Assembly: GCF_000014785.1 (NCBI RefSeq)
Contig: NC_008340.1
Span: forward strand, 660,001 to 692,000
Length of the DNA stretch: 32,000 nucleotides
Direction: 5' to 3'
DNA from: Alkalilimnicola ehrlichii MLHE-1
GTDB taxonomy: Bacteria > Pseudomonadota > Gammaproteobacteria > Nitrococcales > Halorhodospiraceae
Shown here: piece by piece, positions 19,164 through 27,313 of the stretch
Numbering within the stretch: position 1 is the first letter of the stretch
How the letters are laid out: each line of letters opens with the position of its first letter
Program-made: the position numbers and the translations under genes
The notes under the pieces: generated by a model
What the model saw: only the letters and a program-made list of their open reading frames with translations
Database searches by the model: none
Told to the model about the DNA's origin: nothing

Positions 19164-20904
19164 CTCGGGCAGCTCGGGGCCGAGGGGCCCGGCCCTCGCC
19201 GCCTGGCGGCCGGTGGCGTCGGCGGGCTCTGCCGACACAGACCAGGCCGGACGCATCCTGCTGCTGATGGAAGGGCGGGGCAATCGCCAGCAGCTGGCAA
19301 ACCTGCTCTCGGCCCGTTACCGCGTGGTCCAGGTCGAGGACGGCCACCTCCCGGCCGAGGGCTTCGACCTTGCCATCGCTGACGGACCAGCGCTGCTGCG
19401 CTGGCAGGATGCCCTGTACGAGGCCAAACATGCGCAGCAGCCGGTCTTTCTGCCGGTCATGCTGGTGCTCCCGCGGGCTGACCTCCGCAGTCGGGCCGGC
19501 CGCCTGCGGTCCATCGTCGATGAGTTCGTGGTCAGCCCCATCGACCGCGCCGAGTTGCTGGAACGCTTGGAGATGCTGCTGAGGGCCCGCCACCAGGCCC
19601 TGGCCCAGCGCGACCAGTTCGTCCGCATCGTCAACTACGACCGTGCCACGCGCCTGCCCAATCGCAACCTGTTCCATGAGCAGGTACGGACCGCGATTGA
19701 AGCGGCGAAGGCAAAGGGTGAGTCGGTGCACGTCGTTGCAGTGCATACGCCGTTCACCAGGGTGCTTGAGACCTTCGGCCAGCGCGGCCTCGACCACGCC
19801 GCGGCCGCCTGTGCCGAGCGCTTCTGCCACCTGGCCGGGGACGATGTGGGACTGGCGCGGCTGGGCACGGAGCACTGGGGTGCCATGCTGTTCGACGACG
19901 CGTCACCGATGGACCGGGTATTGCCCCTCTGCACCCGTCTCAGCAAGGTGGAGCGTCATCCTATCGAGGTTGCCGGTGAGCCGATCCGCCCCCAGGTCCG
20001 TATCGGCGTCGCCAGCTACCCCGACGACGGCAGCGACGCCGAGACCGTCATCAGTGCCGCCAACATCGCCGCGACACAGGCGAACGAAGGCGAGCCGGCG
20101 TTCTTTTCGCCAAGCTGGCGCGAGGCCGTGCTGGATCACCTGCGCACTGAGGCGGCTCTCCATGACGCCCTGGAGCAGGGGCAGTTCGAACTATGGCTGC
20201 AACCCAAGCTCAGGCTTGCGGACAACCGGGTTGCCGGCGCCGAGGCCCTTATCCGTTGGCGCCTGCCATCCGGCGAGCTGGTCCCGCCCGGCCAGTTCAT
20301 ACCGGTTGCTGAATCCAGCGGCCTGATCCGCCGGATCACGCCCTGGATCCTCGCCACCGCCTGCCGCACCGTCGCGGGCTTGCGGGCGGACGGAGCACGC
20401 GATTTCGTGCTGGCGGTGAACGTCACACCCGCTGATGTCAGCGCTTCGGATTTCGCGGCGCGGCTGCAGGCGCTCTGCGCGGAGCATGACCTGCCGCCGC
20501 AGGCGATCGAACTCGAGCTCACCGAAACCATGCTCTGCGAGACGGGCGCCGATACCATCGGGCGCCTGCGCGCGCTGCGGGAGGTTGGGTTCGGGATCGC
20601 CATCGACGACTTCGGCACCGGTTATTCCTCGCTCGGCTACCTGCACCAGTTGCCGGTCGATACCCTCAAGATCGACAAGCAATTCATCGATGGCGTGCCG
20701 GGCGAGGCGGGCAGCGACACGGTGACACGGGCGATCATCCATCTGGCACGCGAATTCGCGCTCGAGACCGTGGCCGAGGGTATCGAGAACGAGGACCAGC
20801 TGGCGTACCTGCGGGCGGCCGGCGTGGTCTTAGGGCAGGGCTATTACATTGCCCGGCCAATGCCAGCCAATGACTTTGCCCAGTGGTTGGCAGAATGGAA
20901 ATGA
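19147..20904 (+). CDS. Degenerate REC - degenerate GGDEF - EAL domain protein (putative c-di-GMP phosphodiesterase)
   Basis: RATRLPNRNLFHEQV GGDEF-domain start but LARLGTEHWGAML at the signature; EAL motifs AEALIRW, ELTETML, IAIDDFGTGYSSLGYL, LKIDKQFI, ETVAEGIE intact; 17-bp overlap with the preceding ORF. Confidence 0.9.
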   Translation: MAAESDSGSSGPRGPALAAWRPVASAGSADTDQAGRILLLMEGRGNRQQLANLLSARYRVVQVEDGHLPAEGFDLAIADGPALLRWQDALYEAKHAQQPVFLPVMLVLPRADLRSRAGRLRSIVDEFVVSPIDRAELLERLEMLLRARHQALAQRDQFVRIVNYDRATRLPNRNLFHEQVRTAIEAAKAKGESVHVVAVHTPFTRVLETFGQRGLDHAAAACAERFCHLAGDDVGLARLGTEHWGAMLFDDASPMDRVLPLCTRLSKVERHPIEVAGEPIRPQVRIGVASYPDDGSDAETVISAANIAATQANEGEPAFFSPSWREAVLDHLRTEAALHDALEQGQFELWLQPKLRLADNRVAGAEALIRWRLPSGELVPPGQFIPVAESSGLIRRITPWILATACRTVAGLRADGARDFVLAVNVTPADVSASDFAARLQALCAEHDLPPQAIELELTETMLCETGADTIGRLRALREVGFGIAIDDFGTGYSSLGYLHQLPVDTLKIDKQFIDGVPGEAGSDTVTRAIIHLAREFALETVAEGIENEDQLAYLRAAGVVLGQGYYIARPMPANDFAQWLAEWK

Positions 20905-20907
20905 GGG

Positions 20908-20984
20908 TGGCGCCCCGGGCAGGATTCGAACCTGCGACCTGCCGCTTAGGAGGCGGCTGCTCTATCCTGCTGAGCTACCGGGGC
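20908..20984 (-). tRNA. tRNA-Arg (anticodon CCU)
   Basis: Reverse complement GCCCCGGTAGCTCAG...CCGCCTCCTAAGCGG...GGTTCGAATCCTGCCCGGGGCGCCA; 7-bp acceptor stem, T-loop TTCGAAT, encoded CCA, anticodon loop CTCCTAA. Confidence 0.96.
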
Positions 20985-21028
20985 AGGGCGCTGGCCAGGT
21001 ATGATAGCACGGAAGCTTCCGCCACCCG

Positions 21029-21736
21029 ATGATGAGCCCCTATATGCCCCACAGACCCCACTGGTGTGCCACCAGCGACTGCTACGTCTGCACCATCCGT
21101 GACTCCGCCCTGTTCGCCGGCCTCCGGGAGGCGGAGTTGGCTGTGGTCGAGGGCGCGATCGAGGAGGTGCCGCTGGTGCCCGGGCGCTGGTTGTACCGGG
21201 GAGGTGAGCCGGCCAACGCCGTCTTTACCGTGCGCCTGGGGCTGGTGAAACTGGTGCAGTATCTCCCCAACGGCGATCAGCGTATCGTCCGCATCGCCCG
21301 CAGCACCGACGTGCTCGGGCTGGAGGCGTTGCTGCGTCAACCCTACCAGCACGACGCCATCGTGGTGCAGCGGGGCCTGGCCTGCCGTATTCCCGTCGAG
21401 GTGCTGAACGAACTCAATATCCAGAATCCAGGCCTGCACCAGGAACTGATGCGTCGCTGGCAGGGGGCGTTGAGCGAGGCCGAGGCCTGGTTGACGGAGT
21501 TGTCTACCGGCTCCGCCCGACAGCGCGTCATCCGTTTGATCCTGCGCCTGGCGGATGCCCGGGGGGTGGGGCATGCACCGCTGTTCAATCGCAAGGACAT
21601 GGGGGCGATGCTGGGCGTGACCACCGAGTCGGCGAGCCGGGCAGTGGCGGAGCTCAAGCGCGAGGGGCTGTTGAAGGAAGGCGCCGAGGGCTTTACCTGC
21701 GACCGCCATGCGCTTGAGACTCTGATCACGGATTGA
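21029..21736 (+). CDS. Crp/Fnr-family transcriptional regulator with variant N-terminal cysteine cluster
   Basis: WCATSDCYVCTIRDSALFAGL; cNMP-binding fold; HTH FNRKDMGAMLGVTTESASRAVAELKREGLL with E-x-x-SR recognition pattern. Confidence 0.9.
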   Translation: MMSPYMPHRPHWCATSDCYVCTIRDSALFAGLREAELAVVEGAIEEVPLVPGRWLYRGGEPANAVFTVRLGLVKLVQYLPNGDQRIVRIARSTDVLGLEALLRQPYQHDAIVVQRGLACRIPVEVLNELNIQNPGLHQELMRRWQGALSEAEAWLTELSTGSARQRVIRLILRLADARGVGHAPLFNRKDMGAMLGVTTESASRAVAELKREGLLKEGAEGFTCDRHALETLITD

Positions 21737-21746
21737 TGATTTTCAT
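21733..21746. promoter_or_regulatory. FNR-like box, upstream copy
   Basis: TTGATGATTTTCAT versus TTGATNNNNATCAA: 8 of 10 defined positions. Confidence 0.45.
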
Positions 21747-21755
21747 CCGCCCGGA

Positions 21756-21769
21756 TTGACGATTTTCAA
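21756..21769. promoter_or_regulatory. FNR-like box, promoter-proximal copy
   Basis: TTGACGATTTTCAA versus TTGATNNNNATCAA: 8 of 10, within a perfect ATTGA-N6-TCAAT dyad; a TAGTAT -10-like hexamer lies at 21793-21798. Confidence 0.6.
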
Positions 21770-21845
21770 TGCGGAGGAATTCTTTACCTTCTTAGTATCG
21801 TTCCTGCTTGTGGAGTCTTTTTGCTCTGCACTGGAGGATGGAACG

Positions 21846-22454
21846 ATGCGCAGTTACTTGTATTTATTAGGGGCCATCGCCTTCGATGAGCCCTCGCCCC
21901 GCCGCTTCGAGGCCGCGCGTTCACTGATCATCGCCCTGCGGGAGACGCCGCTTTCGCCGGCCTGCCGCGCAGCGGTGGACGGGCTGGAGCAGCAGCTGCA
22001 TATGGCCCCGGCGCTGGCCTGTGAGCACACCCGACTGTTCGTTCTGGGCAACCCGACCGTGGTGGCCCACCCCTACGCAGCCTACTGGCTGGAGGGCCGT
22101 TTGCTGGGTGACGTCACCATAGAGGTGGGCCGTCGCATGCAGGCCTTCGGCTTCTCCGTGACGCCGGACAGCGGGCTGCTCCCCGACCACATCGTCAGCG
22201 AACTGGAGTTCCTGGCGCTGCTGGCGGAGCAGGATACGTCGGAGTCCCGTGAAGCGGCCCAATCCTTTATCACCCGTCATATGCGCCACTGGGTGCCCGA
22301 GTTTGTTGACGCCCTGCGCCAGGCCGACCCCTCACTGCATCCGTTCTATTCCGCCTCTGTCGATCTCCTTGACGCGCTGATGGCCTGTGGTGTGGAGAAC
22401 CGCATTCCCGCCCGGGCCATACAGCGCCCCTATCACGAAACTGTTCTGAACTGA
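21846..22454 (+). CDS. TorD/DmsD-like molybdoenzyme chaperone
   Basis: 202 aa from MRSYLYLLGAIAFDEPSP; LLPDHIVSELEFLALLAEQ typical TorD motif; GGAGG upstream of ATG 21846. Confidence 0.8.
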   Translation: MRSYLYLLGAIAFDEPSPRRFEAARSLIIALRETPLSPACRAAVDGLEQQLHMAPALACEHTRLFVLGNPTVVAHPYAAYWLEGRLLGDVTIEVGRRMQAFGFSVTPDSGLLPDHIVSELEFLALLAEQDTSESREAAQSFITRHMRHWVPEFVDALRQADPSLHPFYSASVDLLDALMACGVENRIPARAIQRPYHETVLN

Positions 22455-22468
22455 TCGAGGTATCTGGC

Positions 22469-24748
22469 ATGAGTGGAAAACAGGCGTTCAACCCCGGGCG
22501 CCGGGCCTTCCTGAGCGGCTCTGCCGCCGGGGTGGGCCTGAGCGTGGCCGGAGTGCCCACTCGCGCGCTGAGCCGCATCGAGGTCCCGCATCAGGTGGAG
22601 TCACTGAAGGCGACCACCGAAACCTACGGCTTCTGCGACATGTGCTTCTGGCGGTGCGGCATCAAGGTCCGCTCCCGGGATGGCCGTGCCGTCAAGATCG
22701 ACGGCAACCCGGAGCATCCGCACAATTACGGCATCGTCTGCGCCAAAGGCAATGCCGGGCCCATGTGGGCCTACGACCCGGACCGCCTCAAGTATCCCAT
22801 GCGCCGGGTCGGCAAACGCGGCGAGGGCAAGTGGGAGCGGATCAGCTGGGACGAGGCCCTGGACGAGGTGGCCGAGGGGCTGAGCCGGGTGCGCGAGCGC
22901 TACGGCGCGCACGCGTTGACCGTCATCGGTCACGGCACCTGGATGAAGCCCTATACGCGCCTGGGCGAGGCCTTTGGTACCCCCAATACCTGCAGCCCGG
23001 CCTTTGGCCTTTGCTGCGGCCCGCGACTGATCACCAATGACCTAGTGGCCGGCCGGAACCTGACCGGCAATGAGACCGTGGACCTGAAAAACTGCCGTTA
23101 CACGTTGATGCTGGGCCGTAACATCACCGAGGCCCTGCACAATGGCGAGGTGCGCGGTTGGATGGACGCCATGGCGGACGGCGCCAAGTCGGTCTATGTG
23201 GACCCGCGCTATACCGTGACCGCCTCGAAGTCACAGGAGTGGCTGCCCATCCGGCCGTTGACGGACCATGCGCTGGTGTTGGCGCTGATCCACGTCGTGA
23301 TCGAAGAGGCGCTGTACGATCGGGCCTTCGTCGACGAGTACACCATTGGGCTGGAGGAGCTGCGCCAGCGGGTACGGGGTTACACGCCGGAATGGGCGGA
23401 GGGCGAGACGGAGATCCCCGCTGCCACCATCCGCCGCATCGCCCGGGAAATGGCTGAGGCGGCCCCCCGGGTGCTGGTCTATTCCGCCCGCCGGGTTACC
23501 CGTACCGACAATCAGTTGGGTATGGGGGTGGCCATCGCCCAGCTCAACGCCCTGTTCGGGGTCTGGGACCGCTACGGTGGCATCTACACCCCGCAGACCT
23601 TCGACATCCCGGAGCCGGACCTGCCGCCCTTCGAGTACCCCAAGGCGAATCTGCCGCCGGAGTGTCTGGACGAAGAGGGCCGGGCCCTGCGTGCCGACGG
23701 TGCCGGCGTGGCCGGCCGTTACCCCCTGGCCTGGGGCTCGCGCGGGCTGGCCAATCACCTTTGGCGAACGATGGCCGAGGAGAAGCCCTATCCCATCAAG
23801 GCCTTCATTGCCGCCGGTGGCAACGGGTTTCTCAGTGGGCCCGACTACGACCTGACCCGGCGGGCACTGGAGAACCTGGATTTCTTTGTCGCCTGCGATG
23901 TCATGCCCAACGAAATGAACATGTACGCCGACATCCTGCTGCCCGAGGCCAGCTACCTGGAGCGCTATGACGACCTGCAGACCGGCGGTCAGCGTGAAGG
24001 GTACGTGGCCCTGCGGGCGCCGGCGATGAAGCCGCTCCACGAGAGCCGGGATGCCTGGACCATCTGCAAGCAGATCGCCGAGCGGCTGGGTCTGGGGCGC
24101 TACTTCCCGCACGACTCGGTGGCCGACCTGGTCGATGAACGGCTGCGCAAGGTGGGCCTGTCCCGCGAAGAGCTGGAGCGCACGGGGGTGGCCAAGATCC
24201 CCGAAGACCCGGTGAAGAACTTCCCGCGCGAGCACGGTCTGCGCTCCGAGTTCCCTACCCCGAGCGGGAAGCTGGAACTGGTGCCGAGCCGTCTGAAGGA
24301 ACTGGGTTACCTGGATGCGTTGGATTACCGCCCGCAGGTCGAACGGGCGCCGGAGGAGTTTCACCTGGCCTTTGGCCGCACCGGCGTGCATACCCACACC
24401 CGGACCCAGAACAACCTATGGCTGACCGAGTTCATGGCGGAGAACAGCCTGTGGATTCACCCCGAGGCGGCTGCCGCGCGGGGCATCCGGGAGGGGGACA
24501 CGCTGCGGGTGACGGACCGCAAGGGGCGCAGCGAGACGCTGCCGGCCAAGGTCACCCGGCGCATTCGCAAGGACACGGTGTTCATGGTGCACGGCTTCGG
24601 TGGCTTCGACCCGCGGCGACGGCAGGCCTACGGCCGTGGCGGTGCAACGTCCAACCTGATTAGCAACGACGAGGACCCCTACATCGGCTCCGCGGCCTTG
24701 GACCGGGCCCTGGTGCGGGTGGAGAAGCTCGAAGGGGGTGAGGCATGA
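22469..24748 (+). CDS. Molybdopterin oxidoreductase catalytic subunit, PhsA/PsrA-like, Tat-exported
   Basis: 759 aa; Tat-like RRAFLSGSAAG; Fe-S motif CDMCFWRCGIKV...CAKGNAG; C-terminal HGFGGFDPRRRQAYGRGGATSNLISNDEDPYIGSAAL. Confidence 0.85.
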   Translation: MSGKQAFNPGRRAFLSGSAAGVGLSVAGVPTRALSRIEVPHQVESLKATTETYGFCDMCFWRCGIKVRSRDGRAVKIDGNPEHPHNYGIVCAKGNAGPMWAYDPDRLKYPMRRVGKRGEGKWERISWDEALDEVAEGLSRVRERYGAHALTVIGHGTWMKPYTRLGEAFGTPNTCSPAFGLCCGPRLITNDLVAGRNLTGNETVDLKNCRYTLMLGRNITEALHNGEVRGWMDAMADGAKSVYVDPRYTVTASKSQEWLPIRPLTDHALVLALIHVVIEEALYDRAFVDEYTIGLEELRQRVRGYTPEWAEGETEIPAATIRRIAREMAEAAPRVLVYSARRVTRTDNQLGMGVAIAQLNALFGVWDRYGGIYTPQTFDIPEPDLPPFEYPKANLPPECLDEEGRALRADGAGVAGRYPLAWGSRGLANHLWRTMAEEKPYPIKAFIAAGGNGFLSGPDYDLTRRALENLDFFVACDVMPNEMNMYADILLPEASYLERYDDLQTGGQREGYVALRAPAMKPLHESRDAWTICKQIAERLGLGRYFPHDSVADLVDERLRKVGLSREELERTGVAKIPEDPVKNFPREHGLRSEFPTPSGKLELVPSRLKELGYLDALDYRPQVERAPEEFHLAFGRTGVHTHTRTQNNLWLTEFMAENSLWIHPEAAAARGIREGDTLRVTDRKGRSETLPAKVTRRIRKDTVFMVHGFGGFDPRRRQAYGRGGATSNLISNDEDPYIGSAALDRALVRVEKLEGGEA

Positions 24749-25509
24749 GCAATAAACGCTACGTAATGCTGGCGGACGTCACCCGCTGCATCAACTGCAA
24801 GGCCTGCGTGGTGGCCTGTCGGGCCGAGTGGGAGACCCCGCTGGGGCAGTCCCGCGACTGGGTCGCCGAGGTGGAAGACTGCGATCAGAATGGCATGCCG
24901 GAACTGCAGTTCTTCCCCGGGCGCTGCCAGCACTGTGACGACGCCCCCTGTGTCAGCGCCTGCCCTACCGGGGCGGCCTGGAAGCGGGACGACGGCATCG
25001 TGCTGGTGGACGATCCGCTCTGCTCCGGTTGTGAGCTCTGTGTGCCGGCGTGCCCCTACGACGCCCGCTGGCTCGACCCGGAGACCGGCAAGATCAACAA
25101 GTGCACCTTCTGCCAGCCCCGCGTGGACCAGGGCCTGCAACCGGCCTGCGTGGAGACCTGCGTGGGCGGGGCGCTGCACTTTGGCGATGCCAACGACCCG
25201 GACTCCGAGGTCAGCAAACTGCTGGCGGAAAAGGAGTGGGTGCAGTTGACCACCGACGAGGTGCCCGGCAGCACGGCGCACTACTACTACACCGGGGGCA
25301 AGCCCCTGCCCCAGGCGGTGCTGCCGCACCCGGTGCAGCAGACCATCCAGGAGAAGGCAATCAGTGACGTGGTGAACCCCGCGGCCAAGGTCGGTCTGGG
25401 GGCCATGGCCGTCACGTTTGCCGCTGCCGGCGTGAAGAAACTCATCGACCGCCGCAATCAGGTGAGTCGAGACGAGCACCCGGAGACGAGCGAGCAGGAG
25501 GAACGGTGA
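24745..25509 (+). CDS. 4Fe-4S ferredoxin-type electron-transfer subunit (PhsB/PsrB-like)
   Basis: Four cysteine clusters CINCKACVVAC, CQHCDDAPCVSAC, CSGCELCVPAC, CTFCQ...CVETC; C-terminal hydrophobic segment; ATGA overlap. Confidence 0.9.
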   Translation: MSNKRYVMLADVTRCINCKACVVACRAEWETPLGQSRDWVAEVEDCDQNGMPELQFFPGRCQHCDDAPCVSACPTGAAWKRDDGIVLVDDPLCSGCELCVPACPYDARWLDPETGKINKCTFCQPRVDQGLQPACVETCVGGALHFGDANDPDSEVSKLLAEKEWVQLTTDEVPGSTAHYYYTGGKPLPQAVLPHPVQQTIQEKAISDVVNPAAKVGLGAMAVTFAAAGVKKLIDRRNQVSRDEHPETSEQEER

Positions 25510-26237
25510 TGGCGGAAGTGAAGAAAATCAGGGTCCGGGACCGATGGACCATCCGGCTGCACTGGTTCAATGCCCTCTGCTGGGCGCTGCTCGTGCCCTC
25601 CGGCCTGGGCATTATCACCGGCGACAGCCTGCGCCTGGCACCGGCCTGGTGGCCGCAGTTCCTGCAGAACCTGTTCGGCGGCAACCAGAACCTCATCCTC
25701 TTCCATGTGGTGGTGGGGGTGGCCTGGATGGTAGGTATCGGGCTGTTTATGCTGTTGCGCTGGCGCAGCGTGGTGCTGCCCTTCCTGCGCAATGTGTTGG
25801 TACTCACTCCGGGGGCGCTCTGGCACGACCTGCGCACCATGGTGATCACCATGGCGCGTCTGTTCGGGCTGATGAAAGCCGCGCCGATACCGCCGCAGGG
25901 GCGCTACAATGGCGCCCAGCGTCTGCTGGGGACGATGATCGTCTTCGCCTCCCTGGCCATCGCGGTGACCGGGCTTTACCTCTACTTCGGGCCGATGGTC
26001 TTCCATTTCCCCGACAACCCGGTCTATGGCGCCCTCTTCCGGTGGGCCCTGGTGATCCACGCCGCGGCGGTCTTCCTGGTGCTCATCGGGCTGGTGCCGC
26101 ACATTTACTTCGCCACGGTGGAGGAGCGCGAGTCGCTCGAGACCATGAAGAGCGGCTACGCGGAGGTGGACTTCATCAAGCACCACAATCCGCTCTGGTA
26201 CGAAGAGCTCAAGCGCAGCGGGCAGCTGCGGGATTGA
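25506..26237 (+). CDS. Formate dehydrogenase gamma-type/PhsC-like cytochrome b membrane subunit
   Basis: RLHWFNALCWALLVPSGLGIITG; LFHVVVGVAWMVGIGLF; LVIHAAAVFLVLIGLVPHIYFATV; histidines in TM segments; ATGA overlap with the Fe-S subunit. Confidence 0.87.
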   Translation: MMAEVKKIRVRDRWTIRLHWFNALCWALLVPSGLGIITGDSLRLAPAWWPQFLQNLFGGNQNLILFHVVVGVAWMVGIGLFMLLRWRSVVLPFLRNVLVLTPGALWHDLRTMVITMARLFGLMKAAPIPPQGRYNGAQRLLGTMIVFASLAIAVTGLYLYFGPMVFHFPDNPVYGALFRWALVIHAAAVFLVLIGLVPHIYFATVEERESLETMKSGYAEVDFIKHHNPLWYEELKRSGQLRD

Positions 26238-26249
26238 TGGCCCGTGAGT

Positions 26250-26285
26250 GCCTGCCGGCAGGCCAGGGAAAGCCTGCCGGCAGGC
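26250..26285. terminator. Strong hairpin between convergent cytochrome b and AEC genes
   Basis: GCCTGCCGGCAGGC at 26250-26263 repeated at 26272-26285, each itself a palindrome; 14-bp stem with 8-nt loop; no clear T-tract. Confidence 0.5.
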
Positions 26286-26291
26286 GTCGCC

Positions 26292-27221
26292 TCACAGCAG
26301 CAGTGAGAGAGCCAGCGAAACGGTGACCATGGAGAGTACTGTCGAGATCAGAATGGCCGTCGACGTGGGGCCCGCGTAGAGGCCGTACCGTTGTGCCAGC
26401 ACGTGGACGTTGGCGGCCACCGGCAGAGTGGCCAGGATGACCAGGGCGGTCTGCAGCGGGCCGTCCAGCCCCAGCAGCCAGGTGGCCAGCCAGACCACCG
26501 GTGCGTGGATCAGTAGCTTTGCGGCCACCAGAATGGCGACCTCCGGCCCCGCCGAGCGGACCGGCTGCCGGGCGAGGGTGATGCCCAGCGCGAACAAGGC
26601 CGTCGGCCCGGCCGCAGCACCCAGCAATTCCAGGTAACGCAGGAGCGGGGCTGGCAGGCTGAGCGACAGCAGTGCCAGCGTGACGCCGACCGCGCTGGCG
26701 ATGACCAGCGGATTGCGTGCCACCCCCAGTCCTGCGGTACGCAGCGCGCGACGGAAACCGCTCCCCTCATCCCTTTCCCACTCGATGATCGCCGTGGCCA
26801 CGGCGATCATGATGGCGCTGTCGACAATGATCACCACCATCGCCGCCGGCAGCACGTGGGTGCCCATGGCGGTGACCACTAGGGGCAGGCCCACGAAACC
26901 GACGTTGCCGAAGGTGGCGACCAGCGCCTGTATCGCCCCCTCTCCCGCGCTGCGTCCGAACAGCCACCGCAGCCCCAGCCAGGTGGTGAAGAACAGCAGC
27001 AAGGCGGGCAACAGCCAGGAGAGGAAGAGCGCCGGGCGCAGGATGTCCGCCGCCGCCATTTCCGCGGTCCCGCTGAGCAACAGCGCCGGTAGGGCAAAAT
27101 AGAAGACGAACGTGTTCAGCGGCCGGGTGCTGGTCCCCTCCAGCAGCCGCGTGCGACCGGCGGCCATGCCGGTGAAGATCAGCGCGAAGAAGGGCAGGGC
27201 GACGGCGAGGACGACTTCCAT
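26292..27221 (-). CDS. AEC family transporter (second copy in window)
   Basis: 309 aa multi-TM; LNTFVFYFALPALLLSGTAEM, LVATFGNVGFVGLPLVV. Confidence 0.87.
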   Translation of the reverse strand: MEVVLAVALPFFALIFTGMAAGRTRLLEGTSTRPLNTFVFYFALPALLLSGTAEMAAADILRPALFLSWLLPALLLFFTTWLGLRWLFGRSAGEGAIQALVATFGNVGFVGLPLVVTAMGTHVLPAAMVVIIVDSAIMIAVATAIIEWERDEGSGFRRALRTAGLGVARNPLVIASAVGVTLALLSLSLPAPLLRYLELLGAAAGPTALFALGITLARQPVRSAGPEVAILVAAKLLIHAPVVWLATWLLGLDGPLQTALVILATLPVAANVHVLAQRYGLYAGPTSTAILISTVLSMVTVSLALSLLL

Positions 27222-27292
27222 GGTGGGGCCGGGCGTCTGATCCTCGGGGCCAGCGGCGGCCGTCGGCCCCGGCGGGTGGCTGGAACGAAAAA

Positions 27293-27313
27293 GGCCGCCC
27301 GGTGGAGGCGGCC
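27293..27313 (-). terminator. Intrinsic terminator on minus strand
   Basis: Minus strand reads GGCCGCC TCCACCG GGCGGCC followed by TTTTTCG. Confidence 0.6.

Noticed and set aside
22469-26237. Considered an arsenite oxidase (arx) or arsenate reductase (arr) assignment
   Set aside because: The membrane subunit is a cytochrome b of the PhsC/FdnI type rather than NrfD-type, and subunit sizes and motifs fit PhsA/PsrA-like enzymes better.
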